Assembly (NCBI GenBank): GCA_026023565.1
Contig: JAPETS010000038.1
Coordinates: 186,001 to 250,000 of the forward strand
Source of the DNA: Cirrosporium novae-zelandiae
Taxonomy: Eukaryota
Direction of reading: 5' to 3'
Length of the DNA stretch: 64,000 nucleotides
Shown here: in pieces, positions 52,469-64,000 of the stretch
Layout of the letters: each line of letters begins with the position of its first letter
How positions within the stretch are numbered: position 1 is the first letter of the stretch
Position numbers and translations under genes: made by a program
The notes under the pieces: generated by a model
The model's database searches: none
What the model was told of the DNA's origin: nothing
Seen by the model: the letters and a program-made list of their open reading frames with translations, nothing else

Positions 52469-53685
52469 ATATCCCAGGTTGAGCACAAGTTACTTGGAAT
52501 AAATTCTCCTTGTAGATTAGTTGCATCAACCATTGCTAATCAATCATCCAATTATTCGTCCTCTCCTGAATCCTGCATTCTGCACTTGATCCTCACACCG
52601 TCTCATAATTATGCAACCCTCCGTAGACCACAATCGCTTGATGTTGATAAAGACATCTATTCTGCTCATATATCGTCTGAGAGTTTGCCTGTGATAGGTG
52701 AATGGTTTGTTCTATTACCGTACCGAGATTGGTACTGATACTAGGACCAAAATGACCAATACCCAAGGTAATACATCTGTCATAACACCCTTAGTAGAAA
52801 ACACCATCTTCGAAGAGCTCAAGGGAGAGATCAAGGTCGCCCTCACTCATCATGTACAATGTTCTTGCCCAAGTCCTCCTTGATTTCCCTTCTGACTCAT
52901 TCAACACATCATATGCACGGTAGCAATCAAAAATGTGAACGCGACAACATATTGAGCCAAATGGATGCCTGGACAAGAAACACGATGATCTCGCGACACG
53001 TCTTTGAGAGAATGAATGTGTTATTCTCCAGAAAATATATAAAAAGCTGAAGAGCTACTCCAATCAACTTTTCTCCTCTCATCAACAGCTATGCTATCCT
53101 GAAAACACATTCAGGCCTTCTCCCTATTTATTTGCTGTCATCAAGTTCACATCATCGAAATCATCTCAGTTTCATTTCTACTCATCTAAACTCTCCTACG
53201 TTACTCTCATTCTCCGCTCAACTGTTCTCACCAGATCGAATCAAGGTCTTCATCCCAAGAAATACTCTTCAACCATTCTGACCATACCAATCACACTTCA
53301 CTCATTTCATCCTATCAATATCAAGCCACTCAAGCTCCAAAAACGGTAAGACATCCTCAAATTTTGTCCACTTCAATCATCCTCTACATATCTGCTACTG
53401 GTTTCATATCTGGTCTTTTGAGCCATTTTGCGTGTTCTCACAAGTCCTCAAAACCTCGTGTAATAGGTCAGCATATATCGCTACTCATAATAGGGTGATA
53501 TCTCAGTTTCCTCACATTTATCTTGTCAATTTCAACTGTCATTTCAGAGGCTACCCTTTTCATGTATAAGTCCTGAGTTTCTGAACAGCACCCCATCAGT
53601 CCTTGTGACTGTGAATCTTCTATTTCTAATTACTAATACCTAAACTTGAAAGGAATCACATCAACCAACTCACTTCTTTGTTAAC

Positions 53686-56341
53686 ATGAAGTCAGACAAT
53701 ATGATAAATGATCTACCTCTTCATAATATCCCTGCTCACCCCCCAGGGCAAGAGAACAACACACCAGAAATAGTCAACTCGAGGGATTTAATTCCCAACT
53801 CAAATCAAATGGCGCCAGTTACCTCAAGAGGAGGCTCGATAGAATCTCAACAAACTGCAGAAATTTCTACCACAGGAAGGGGATCTCTTGACAACATGGT
53901 ATGCGGCGTAAAAACTCTTGTCGAGGGAATTCAAAGGCTCCGTCATATGGGAGTGGAAGACCTGGTACTGCCACTTCCGAAGATCGTCGTTGTGGGCGAT
54001 CAAAGTACTGGAAAGAGCTCTCTCATTGAGGGGATATCGGAGATCAAGGTCCCTAGGAGCAGCGGGTGCTGCACTAGGTGCCCCCTCGAAATCAATTTGA
54101 CAGAAGATAATGACCCCGAGTCTAGCTGGAAATGTATTATCACCTTAAGCAAGAAGTATGCTTATGATGGCCCCGAACACATGACCAGACGCGGGGCGAG
54201 AGATTATCCTCGCCTAACACGAGTGAGGCCTTATGGACCCTGGGTGATGCAGGACCAGGAGGATTTCCAGTTTTGCAGTCTGACATCCAAAGAGCAAGTC
54301 CAAGATGCCCTTCACTGGGCCCAGCTGGCGAATCTGAATCCAGCAAAGCATCATCAGGTCTTTGTGCCAGGGTTTAACGAAAACACTACACCTGACGAGA
54401 TGCAAGTCAAATTTTCTCCAAACGTTGTTCGCCTTGAAATCAGCGGGCCTGGCCTTCCGAACCTGTCCTTTTACGATCTGCCGGGTGTTATCGCTGTCCC
54501 TGAGATTGATCATGAAGCTTACCTTGTGGGCGTTGTCAAAAATTTGGTTAAGGAATATATAAAATCGGAAAACTGTATCAATTTACTGACTTTACCTATG
54601 AATGCCGATGCAGCCACATCAGCTGCGGCAGGTATTCTGAAAATGGCATCTGCTCAGGAAAGGACCATTGGAGTTCTGACTAAACCGGATCGTGTTCAGA
54701 TTGGGATGGGAGAGTCTTTTGACGAATGGAAGAATATACTGGAAGGCAAAAAGTTCTCCGTTGGCCATGGGTATTATGTTATCAAAAATAACCCGGATCC
54801 AAAGATTGAGCACGGGCAGGCACGGAAAGAAGAACTCGATTTTTTTGAAGTAGGTTATCTAGCCTCAAATCTATATGGCAATGACAGTTAAAAAATCATT
54901 AGGGTGAGCCGTGGATAACAGATCTCTTGTCGTTCAAAGATCGATTCGGAACTGTGCAGCTACAAACGAAATTGTCGCAATTGCTCACCGACCAAATTAA
55001 AGCATGCCTTCCCGAGATTAAGAATAAAGTGGAAGAAAAGCTTGGTGACGTCGAGGCGGAACTGGCTACTCTACCTGAGCCACACGGAAATCAGCCGATG
55101 TTGTTGTTAAGACAACTCACCTCCTTCGAACAGGATCTAAAAACACATTTTAACGGAGGATCAGAAGATTTTCCATTACAGAAACAGTGGATTGATCTCG
55201 CTACTAGCTTTCGAGACGGCCTAATGTCATCCCGCCCGGCATTCACTATGCGGGATGCCACTGAGAAGGTTCGATCTCAGTCCCCGACAGCTAGGTCGAT
55301 GGAAGATGCAATACTCATAGATGACGACGAATCCGACCACAAGCCCCATGGAAATAAGAGGAAGCTGGCAAATTCAAACACGCCTCATACACCACGTAAG
55401 CGCGTAATGAAAACATTTGATGGAGAATGGATAATAGAGACTAAGGAAAGTTTCACCTTGGCTAAAATTCGCAGCGTGAATAAAGAAGTTCATACCACGG
55501 GCATCCAAACTGCCGTAAATGACAAGGCTCTGGAAAAAATTAGCAAACTAAGCATTTGTCACTGGAAAAAGGTTGGCGAAGAGTTTATAAATCTTACCGG
55601 CAAGATCCTGAAGAACATTTTATTGAACCAACTTTCGGAGACGTTCGGGCGTTACAAGGGTACCCCACTATATACAGAATCGGAGAAGACAACGGAACGT
55701 TTTCTCAACAATGCCCTCAAGGAACAGCTGGAGTACACTGCCTCCCATTTTGAAATGGAATATAGCAAACCAATGACGATGAACCGTAAATATCTCATCC
55801 AGGTTAAAGAAGAGAACAAGGCTCAACTTGTCGCCAAACGGCTAGAAATCCGCAGAGAGGTTGCCGTCGTGAGATCTCCGAACAAGGCGGACAGAACCCC
55901 AAAGCTAGCCGATGCACTGCTGGGACCGGATCCATTTGCTGACGAGGTGGATGCTATGGCTGCGAGTATCATAATACCTTAGTGATCGATCTTGAAGCTT
56001 ACATATCACAGAATATTCGAGCCTACTACGAATGTGCTTGCTCGCGATTTGTTGACACTATATGCCAAGGCATACAAATTCAACTGTTTGAGAAAATTAG
56101 GGATAAGCTTCCTAAAACACTCGAGGACATGTTCGGCATTATGAAACCGGACGGTAAGCTGCTCTACCCTTGAACCCCCTTTTCATGACATCAAGGCTAA
56201 TTGAAGGAAGCAAACGAACGCTGTGCTCGTCTGATGGCCGAAGACGAGGAAAAAGAATTTCGACGCTGTCAACTGAAGAAGGAACAACAAACTTTGAAAG
56301 AAGCCCAGGAGTGGATTTCAACTGTTCATGACGGGTACTGA
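53686..56341 (+). CDS. Dynamin-superfamily GTPase, Mx-like fungal type; exons 53686-54849, 54903-55961, 56012-56153, 56211-56341
   Basis: LPKIVVVGDQSTGKSS (G1), CTRCP (G2), DLPG (G3), TKPD (G4); GED-like IRAYYECACSRFVDTICQ..LMAED. Probable 5'UTR intron 53346-53652. Confidence 0.9.
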
Positions 56342-56918
56342 ATGTCACAACTGTCTTCTGAAACCATGGACAGTCTTTTCTTATCTCTTTTTTGTTTTGT
56401 TTGTGGTGCTGTGCCAGGAAAGGCTCTAGGTATTAGTAACCGTTGTTGGACGTTGTTAAGATAATGAAGTAAAGGATAGCATGCTTTACTTCAAATCTCA
56501 GGGACCGAAGGACCAGAGCTCGTCTGATTAGATTCATTCAATATAGAAAGTTATTTGTCAGTATCGGTCTCAATTAGACTAGCATGGAAATGAACAGACG
56601 AGAATATGTCTAAGTAGCATAGGTTCGGTTCAACGAATCCGATACCGAGGGGTTCATGCATAGTAAATATCTCAGTTTACCATAGAACACTAATTTCAAG
56701 TACACCCTAGGCATCTGAACTTGAAGATATCGCATAATGTATTTCATAATTTAAGGCTTTGGATTTCACAACAAGGGCCTACAAGAATTTAACCTCCCCT
56801 GCCACTCGTCTTACCCTGCGTCATACGGTCCCCACATGTAAGCCGACTAGGATATCTAACATCTAACTTCTCTATCATAAATTTTCTAGATTCTGCAGGG
56901 TTTTAACACGCCACCAAC

Positions 56919-57995
56919 ATGTCCTCCCCATTGTCAGCCTCCGCCCTTTTCTCCGTCAAAGGTCTTGTAGCCGTGATAACTGGCGGGGCCACAGGTCTTG
57001 GACTTACCATGGCGCGAACGCTGGCTCAAAACGGGGCGTCGAAAATCTATATAGTCGGGCGGACTCCCGGGACTCTTGCTTCAGCGGCCTCGTCGCCGGA
57101 TGTCCCCCCCGGTGTGCTTATTCCGGGTGAATGCGATGTCACCTCTAAGGCATCTCTTGAAGCTTTAGTTAAGCGAATTGAGAGCGAGATAGGGTATGTC
57201 GATGTTTTGATTTCCAATGCCGGGATTATGGGACCGGGAACGTTGGGACCTGCAAAGACGAATCCTGATTGCGATGTGAAAGTCTTGCAGAAACATCTGT
57301 GGGAGGAGGCAGGCGTGGAGGACTGGATGGAGACGCTAAAGACAAATGTAGTGGGTGTGTTTTTCTCGGCGGTGGCATTCTTGGGTTTGTTAGATGAGGG
57401 GAGCAAGAGAAGGAGAGCAGCAGTTGAGAGAGAGGGGTTGTGGATGGGTGGGGAGAGTATGGTAATCGTGACCGGGAGTGCAGGCGGGTTTAATAGAAGG
57501 CCGTTGGGGAGTTTCTCGGTGGGTTGATGGCTACCATGGACGTGTTCAGCAAGAGGTGGTTAAGCTAACTGATGATTATGATGGGGACAGTATGCAGCTT
57601 CCAAAGCCGCAGTTACACATCTCACCAAACAAGTATGTATTTCAAAAATCACCCTCCTTCAAATTCCCATCCATCTCAACACCACATTCACACACTAACA
57701 TTTTCAGCTCTCAACGGTCTTCTCGCCCCTCGGCATCCGCGCAAACGTTCTTTGTCCAGGCGTTTTCCCTAGCACACTCTCCTCGCATCTAACGGCTCCT
57801 AGGGGAGAGCCAGCTCAGCGGGCCACCACGGTTGGATCTGTACCTAAAAGCACAGTCCCCGCTGAGAGATGGGGAGAAGAACAGGACATCGCGGGTGCCA
57901 TATTGTATCTGTGTGGAAGGGCCGGTGCTTATGTGAACGGGAGTGTGCTTTTGGTGGATGGGGGAGCTCTGACGCAGTTGCCAGCGACCTATTAG
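56919..57995 (+). CDS. Short-chain dehydrogenase/reductase; exons 56919-57518, 57591-57632, 57708-57995
   Basis: TGGATGLG cofactor motif, NAG, catalytic YAASK, IRANVLCPG, and YVNGSVLLVDGG. Confidence 0.92.
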
Positions 57996-59932
57996 GTGGA
58001 GCTGTTCGAGGAATGGTTGATATGAAAGCATCTATTCTGTGCTCGTATTTGGACTCGGATTGGTATCGGCGGTAGTCTAGCAGAGGTTAGCATGGACCCT
58101 TTTCGAGGCCATTGGCAGAACTAATAATTAATTGGAAATGTGTCTAGTGAGATTTGATAGGTCATTATTAGTTTTTGTACAGACTCCACATGGTGTAGAT
58201 AATGGATCCTCTCGGGAATTAATGGAAATAACAGCAAACAGACTATTCTTATCTCTTTTGCTAATCTCAGTTTCATTCGCAACATTTTTCAACTCAGCAT
58301 CTATTTCATCATAATATACTTGCCTCCTTCAGTGTTTTGCGAAATCCTTCAACATGCCGGCGAAACAAGATTGGACCGAATATTTCTTAGTTCGTTTATC
58401 TCCTTGTCGCACAAGCATATTACTTGCATTTAACGTACCCTAAAAAGACAACCTGAAGAGAAATTAGAGATCAATTTCAAGAGGTTGCAGATCTTTGATC
58501 AAATCAAGACAAGATGAATGGCGTTTTTCTGCTTATATCGTTATCACCACCGATAGTTGACTATTTTCGTATCGTTGACATTCGAGAAATGTCCCGACCC
58601 TCAGAAGAGCATTTACATCTAAAATTGGTCCAATCATATTTATACAATTCAAAGGGGGATTTGCGTGCTTTTTCATGTTAACAAAATACTTACCGGCTTG
58701 TTAATAAAACTTTCCACATAAATATGCTAGGAAAGTATCAAAACCGGTTTTTTTGCTCTCTTATCTGGGATACTTGCTGGTGATAATTTGCAGATCGACA
58801 AATGTTTGGCGTGCCACTTGATCAAATGCGGAGTACGCATACCTTTACTGAATGTCTGTCAAACACAACAAGCTGGAGCCTGGCGATATTTGGGAGTTGG
58901 TGTTGAGCTTCAGAAGCACGTCAAGGCACCAGAATCACATAGATACACATGATGTTATTTGCTTGTTCCGAGTCAGAGTACGGGTTTCGGAAAAGTTTCT
59001 GGAAGAAAGGTAAGTCACTATAATGGTTCGCCGAAGTTAACCACAACCTCGAGGACAGATGTCGAGCACACGCCAGGAACCCGATGCGCATGAGTATGGA
59101 ATTCTCATGCTGCCTCTTGGCATTGGTAGCTGGCGCAAATGAAAACAGAAGTTCGAAGTTGTTTTAGAAATGGGATCGATGAAGTGGACAGCATTGCAGA
59201 ACTTGTCGTCTTTTGAAAGATTTTGATCCTTCTTAACACGCCGTCCCATTCAGGCCTTAATACTCTCATGATGACCGCGCCTAGACTGAAGGCCGGTGGT
59301 ACATGTTTCTGGAGTCCAGACTCTCATTTCAAACTAAAGATGGTGGCTGCATTACCGTTGAGAAGACGCGGGCGCCTGGCCCCTCATGCATATGATTCAA
59401 AAAGTCCTCGTGAAATCTAGAAACCGTTGTATGCCGCTTTTTAAGCCTGGGCATAAGGTCAGAAACCTGTTCTCCTTACATTCCCGTGACATATCTTGGT
59501 GAGTCTCGTCTTTCCTGTAGACTATTTCGGGATTCTCCAGAATTTCGAATAGTCTAATTAGGAAATGGAATGCTACCCACCCCCAATCTGTGCAATCCTC
59601 AAACGACCTCTGGAGATCTAGTTTCTTGTCGAGCACACGAGCTCATATGAAATCTTGTAAGAAATATACGAAGGGTTTATTTTCTATTTTGAACATATCA
59701 ACTATAAAAAGGCATAAGCTTCCACTTGAAATCATCACCATCAACAGCATCTTCTCAGCGATCAATCAATCAGTCAATCAATCCATTGAACACAAAAGGC
59801 CTCAAAGCGACCAAAGTATCTTCAGCTTCGAATTCTGTTTCATCATATCCATCAAGCTCCTTAGCTATCAATCCTAGCCAATCAGCACATCTTCCACTTC
59901 TCTAATATCTTCAAACAAACAACGTCATCAAA

Positions 59933-60368
59933 ATGCAATTCTCCATCATCGCCGTCATCGCCCTCGCTACCCAAGCCTTTGCTGGTAAGCCCTAGCCCCC
60001 ACCTCCCTAATTAACACTCACACTAACACTCACTCACCCCCTTAGCCGCCATTCCCCCAACCACCTACAGCCTCTACATCCGGGACCTCCTAACAACCAC
60101 CAACACCAACGCCGCCACCGCCTGCAGCATCTGCACAACCGCCGCCCAATACAGTCTCGCAGTAAAAGACGCCATCGATACAAAGGAGGTCCTCAGCGAC
60201 AACGCCAGCCAGGCCTTCGCGCTCCTGAACGTGTGCACTGAGGATCTGCTCAAGAATGAACCGTCCTGCCCCACACTTATGAGCGGAGTTTTTATGAAGA
60301 TGTTTAGTGAGATGAAACAAGAGCATGATCCGGTGGCTATCTGTAAGGCTGTGAGCCTTTGTGGGTGA
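59933..60368 (+). CDS. Secreted saposin-like protein (SAPLIP), 124 aa; exons 59933-59984, 60046-60368
   Basis: Kozak-like CAAAATG; signal peptide MQFSIIAVIALATQAFA; intron GTAAGC..CTAAC..TAG in phase 1; six Cys spaced C-x2-C-x33-C-x10-C-x24-C-x5-C ending DPVAICKAVSLCG. Not in the ORF track. Confidence 0.82.
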
Positions 60369-61639
60369 GTGGGTGTGTGGTGGGTGGTAGGATGGGACGG
60401 GATGGGAGAAATTATGTGCTTTGCTTTGCTATTTTATGCTTTGCTTTGCTTTACTATGCTATGCATGGGGGTGGAGTTTTCTCGTTCAGTTTTTTTTTTT
60501 TTTCTGTATTACTACAGCATGCATGGCCCGGCGATTTTTTGCTTAGTTATAGGGGACGGGAAAAAAAAGGAACGGGGGATGAGGGGCCATCACTCCAGGT
60601 CATCCAGAACTGAGATGGATGATTTATTCAGGTTTTTTTTATTTCCATCTTATTTTTATTTTTGATGTTTCTCTCGAACGAATTGAAACGATCAAAATGA
60701 ATGAAATCCATTACCTGTACTTCCTTTCTCTCTCACTCACTCACTCACTCATACAAACTACAGAAATTCAAAATCACCCCCTGCCTACCTAACCATCTTA
60801 ACCATCTTAACCAACCAATTTAACGAATAAAATCACCCCAAATCAACTCAAATTAATCCAAAACCAAATAAGATCAATTAATTGGATGGCTTATCCGGTT
60901 TTCCTATTTCAATTCAGCTTTCCATCCCTAATTATTTCTATTTTGTTCTTTAGTCTAACTCGAAACGAAATTTTTTTTTTGGATAAATAAAATGAATGAA
61001 AACGTTTATTTATTTTTTTTTGTTTGTATTATTATTATTATTATTATTTAAGTAAAACTATAAATTAATAAGATAAGTGATAGATAAACATGGGCATGGT
61101 TTTTTTTTTTTTTTTTCGTATGTTATTATATCCTATATCCTACTATATCCTACTATACCCCTAACACCAGGCAATATCAAAGGTATCAAACCCATCTCAA
61201 GTAGCGGTAGCGGATAGCGAATATGTATGTATCTCACGCCCCCCCCTCTTTTAGCTTAAATGGCTAGGTAAATAAATAAAAGTATTTGTTGGGGCTTGAT
61301 ATCTAACACAATATCTAAGCATTTCAAAATGATTATTTTTTGTTTCGTTGCGTTCCGGTTCTTGTCCTGTCCTGTCCCTTTTTTTTTTTAATGATAATCC
61401 CCACGCCAACGCCGGGGTGACGGGTATAGATGGCTATGCATGCATGCATGTGTATTATGCATGTAAGTAAAGAGAAAAAAAGAAGGAGAAGGATTTTCTC
61501 CCTTCTCATCTCCCTTCCCATATCCCTCTCTCTCTTTTTCCACCCCTCTAACACCTCAATTCTTCCACCTACCACTGCACACACATCAACCAAGCAGAGG
61601 TAAAAACAACAAATATCCAACACCCCATCCATACACCCC

Positions 61640-64000
61640 TCACAACCTCCTAAAAACATTCCCACTCGCACTCCTCCTATCCCCCCCACCCTCACCCCCC
61701 ACCCACCTCGGCCGTTTCCTCCCCGTATCCCCCCCTTCTCCTCCCTCCCCATCACTCCGTCCCTTAGCCTTAGCCGCCAAAAACGTAATTTCCTGATCCC
61801 CAACAACAGCAGCAGCATGTCCCTGCCCCTGCCCCTGTTGTTGAAAAGATCTAGAATTCGATTTCGACTTCGAAATCCGGGATCCGAAGGTTTGGTTTGA
61901 GTTGTTGGTCCAGTGGAGATGTTTATTGTTGGTGTTGGTGTTGGTGGCGTTTTTGGAGGAGGAAGCGGAGATTTGCATTTTGAGGGGTCGAGATTGGGAT
62001 TGGGATTGGGATTTGTTTTGGTGATTGGAGCGCTTGTAGGAGGTGCTTGAGATGCGGTTTTTGTTGTTAGTGTCGGGTTCTGAGTCTGAGGTGTGATTGC
62101 GGGCATTTCTTCTGCTTTGTTGCTGGTTTTGATGGTGTTGGCGGGTGCGACGGTCGTCTTCGCTGTCGGATTCGGATCCGGATTCGGAGGAGCTGGATCC
62201 GGAGACAGAGTCCAGTTCTTCTTGTTCCACGGCCGTGAGGCCGCGTTCCCTACGGGAGTGAGGATTGAGGTTTGTAGAGTTGTCCGCGGTAGCGGTGTTG
62301 GTGCTGGGGTTGAGTTGGCGGAACTCGTGGGAAGTTTCGTCGATGGCAAAGTTTTCGTCTTGGAAGAGCTTGGAGAATCGGGAGTCGGTGAGGAGGGTGC
62401 GTGGGCCGGTTTTTTCTTGGGTGGGTTGGTCATTTGCTTCGGCTTCGGCTTCGGGTGCTGGGGCTTCGACATCTGCTTGCAGAGCAGTTTCGGCATCCAC
62501 CATGTCGTCGTCTCCGCCTTTCTTGAGGACCCTCCGTGCCCTCCTCCGCTCGTTCCTCTCCTCGCGCTCGAGGAGCCGCTCCGCTAGTCGTCTGTTGACC
62601 TTGGCCGTGACCTTCTTCCCGCCACGGATTCTGCTCTCCCTCTCGGCATCGATCTTGGCCTTTACCTTCTTCGCCCGCTCCTCTTCCCACGTGAATGGGT
62701 CGCTTATCAATCTCGCCTCCTCGTACAGTTTCTGTGCCACAAAGTATCCATGCATGTATGGACGCAGCAGCGACGTCGTTCCGATAAGGTGGTCGAGGTT
62801 CAAGGACGCGAGCTGCGGTTTCGTCAAAAATTTGTAGTTGTCGTATACCGCGCCGGTGCCGCTAGTAGCAGAGTTTGCGCTGAAGGCATTAGGATCTGTA
62901 GGATCGTCCGCCATTTCTTCGACTAGGTTGTCGAGGAATGAACACCATTTCGGTGCGGGGCCGAGCTGCGGGATAAAAAATGCATGTTGCTGGCGTCCCT
63001 CGTTGGCTGTAAGGAGCATGCCGCTGTCCGGATACCATGCCACGTCGTTGAGATCTACAGCGGGCTCGACGGCCGTCCAGGGTGCGCCATTGTGCTGAGA
63101 CCATATTTTTATGATGCGTTTATCCGAGGAAAGGATTTTGGGGTCGTCGGGGGAGAATGTGGATGCGGAAGCGAATGTTGTGGAGGACGGCGTCAGAAAT
63201 TTTAGCGTCTGGATTGGATAGCCATAGCCTTGATCCTTTTTTAGAAGAGGTTTCGGAGAACGGAGGTCATAGAGGTATATTAGACCGGTTGAAGTGCCGG
63301 TTGCGATGGTGAGGCCGCCACGGTGGAATTGTAAAGCTGTGATTTCAGGTCGAGGAGTAGATTCAGATGAGACAAAAGATGATTGGGGGGTCTGCAGGAT
63401 ACCGGCGCGGTTCTTGGACCGTGGATCAAAGAATTCAACAGTCCCTAATGAGGTTCCAAAGGCATAGAGGTTATGCGATTCTTCTGCAATGGAGGCGACG
63501 TTCACGCTCCCTGTATTAATACCACCCTGTAGCGCACCTCCACCGAGTGAATTTAGATCATCCCCACCAACATCAACCTCATAGCTGCGCATATAGCGGC
63601 CCACTTCGAGATTGAGGCGAAAGACCTCGCCAGACCCATCTTCGTTGACACCGACAGAAGGAACAAGAGCTTCGGCGGAGCGTTTATCATACTGCAAATC
63701 ACGACCATAGCGAGGCAGCCGGGTCTTATAATGGCAAGCTCCAGAAGTATGAAATTCCAACGACCGATCGCTCTGAAGATGTATCGATTTCGTATAATCA
63801 GACGAAAGAAGCTGGAACTTTATATTGAGGACTTCAGTGTGTCTCGCGAACGAGAGAGACAGCTGGGGGAGATAGTGGGTGTGTATTTGTGGCTTGTAGG
63901 TCCCGGTGCTCATGATCCAGTCGCCATCTTCGCTAATACGGATGCATTGAGAAGCTTCTTCGAATTCGAAATCCTGCAGCAGTTCCACCCTGTTTGCATA
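61640..64000 (-). CDS. ENP2: Small-subunit biogenesis WD40 protein Enp2/NOL10, 5'-partial
   Basis: RVELLQDFEFEEAS, STGTYKPQ, LSSDYTKSIHLQSDR, FFIPQLGPAPKWCSFLDNLVEEM, YDNYKFLT, RPYMHGYF, and NUC153-like DSRFSKLFQDENFAIDETSHEF. Confidence 0.95.
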   Translation of the reverse strand, partial: YANRVELLQDFEFEEASQCIRISEDGDWIMSTGTYKPQIHTHYLPQLSLSFARHTEVLNIKFQLLSSDYTKSIHLQSDRSLEFHTSGACHYKTRLPRYGRDLQYDKRSAEALVPSVGVNEDGSGEVFRLNLEVGRYMRSYEVDVGGDDLNSLGGGALQGGINTGSVNVASIAEESHNLYAFGTSLGTVEFFDPRSKNRAGILQTPQSSFVSSESTPRPEITALQFHRGGLTIATGTSTGLIYLYDLRSPKPLLKKDQGYGYPIQTLKFLTPSSTTFASASTFSPDDPKILSSDKRIIKIWSQHNGAPWTAVEPAVDLNDVAWYPDSGMLLTANEGRQQHAFFIPQLGPAPKWCSFLDNLVEEMADDPTDPNAFSANSATSGTGAVYDNYKFLTKPQLASLNLDHLIGTTSLLRPYMHGYFVAQKLYEEARLISDPFTWEEERAKKVKAKIDAERESRIRGGKKVTAKVNRRLAERLLEREERNERRRARRVLKKGGDDDMVDAETALQADVEAPAPEAEAEANDQPTQEKTGPRTLLTDSRFSKLFQDENFAIDETSHEFRQLNPSTNTATADNSTNLNPHSRRERGLTAVEQEELDSVSGSSSSESGSESDSEDDRRTRQHHQNQQQSRRNARNHTSDSEPDTNNKNRISSTSYKRSNHQNKSQSQSQSRPLKMQISASSSKNATNTNTNNKHLHWTNNSNQTFGSRISKSKSNSRSFQQQGQGQGHAAAVVGDQEITFLAAKAKGRSDGEGGEGGDTGRKRPRWVGGEGGGDRRSASGNVFRRL

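Noticed and set aside
52752..53050. Small gene MTNTQGNTSVITPLVENTIFEELK upstream of the dynamin
   Set aside because: Plausible splicing leads to an immediate stop; no recognisable motif.
61333..63205. ORFs 61333-62496, 62093-62587, 62265-62837 and others
   Set aside because: Shadow or antisense frames of the GC-rich ENP2 coding sequence and adjacent repeats.
1..64000. Transposons, TPP riboswitch, snoRNAs, TGA-CTA readthrough to PTS1
   Set aside because: No transposase/RT motifs, LTRs or TIRs, no TPP aptamer core, no convincing C/D box pair, and no readthrough context leading to an SKL-type end at the stops I inspected. By-eye search only; Infernal or RepeatMasker would be decisive.

Overview
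Eukaryotic, intron-containing DNA from a filamentous ascomycete (Pezizomycotina). It has short GT-AG introns with CTRAY branch points, typical fungal genes, and microsatellite-rich AT-rich spacers. I found no transposon or CRISPR. About 19 protein-coding genes were reconstructed by hand across introns: a hypothetical gene, BUD22, the complex I 30 kDa subunit, NOT4, an Rgt1-like Zn2Cys6 factor, an AceA/Ace1-like copper-fist factor, a small membrane protein, an MBL-fold-like protein, Vps71/Swc6, an Mtm1-type carrier, an Hrt3/FBXO9 F-box protein, a GMPPA-like protein, a RING-H2 protein, an orphan ORF, a PTH11-like GPCR, an Mx-like dynamin, an SDR, a small secreted protein and 5'-partial ENP2. There is also one intron-containing tRNA-Pro(TGG). 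The most notable finding is a two-exon gene missed by the ORF track (59933-60368) that encodes a 124-aa secreted single-domain saposin-like protein with amoebapore/NK-lysin cysteine spacing. Other notable points: NOT4 with an intronic stop (short form) and a large spliced C-terminal exon (long form); two stop-free 3n introns in the copper-fist factor; a four-Cys loop and a GATA/SreA-type site at Mtm1; four LPIQ motifs in an MBL-like protein; a GC-AG intron; a 12-nt microexon; and an enriched ACCTAGGT palindrome. Family assignments come from recognised motifs, not database searches.
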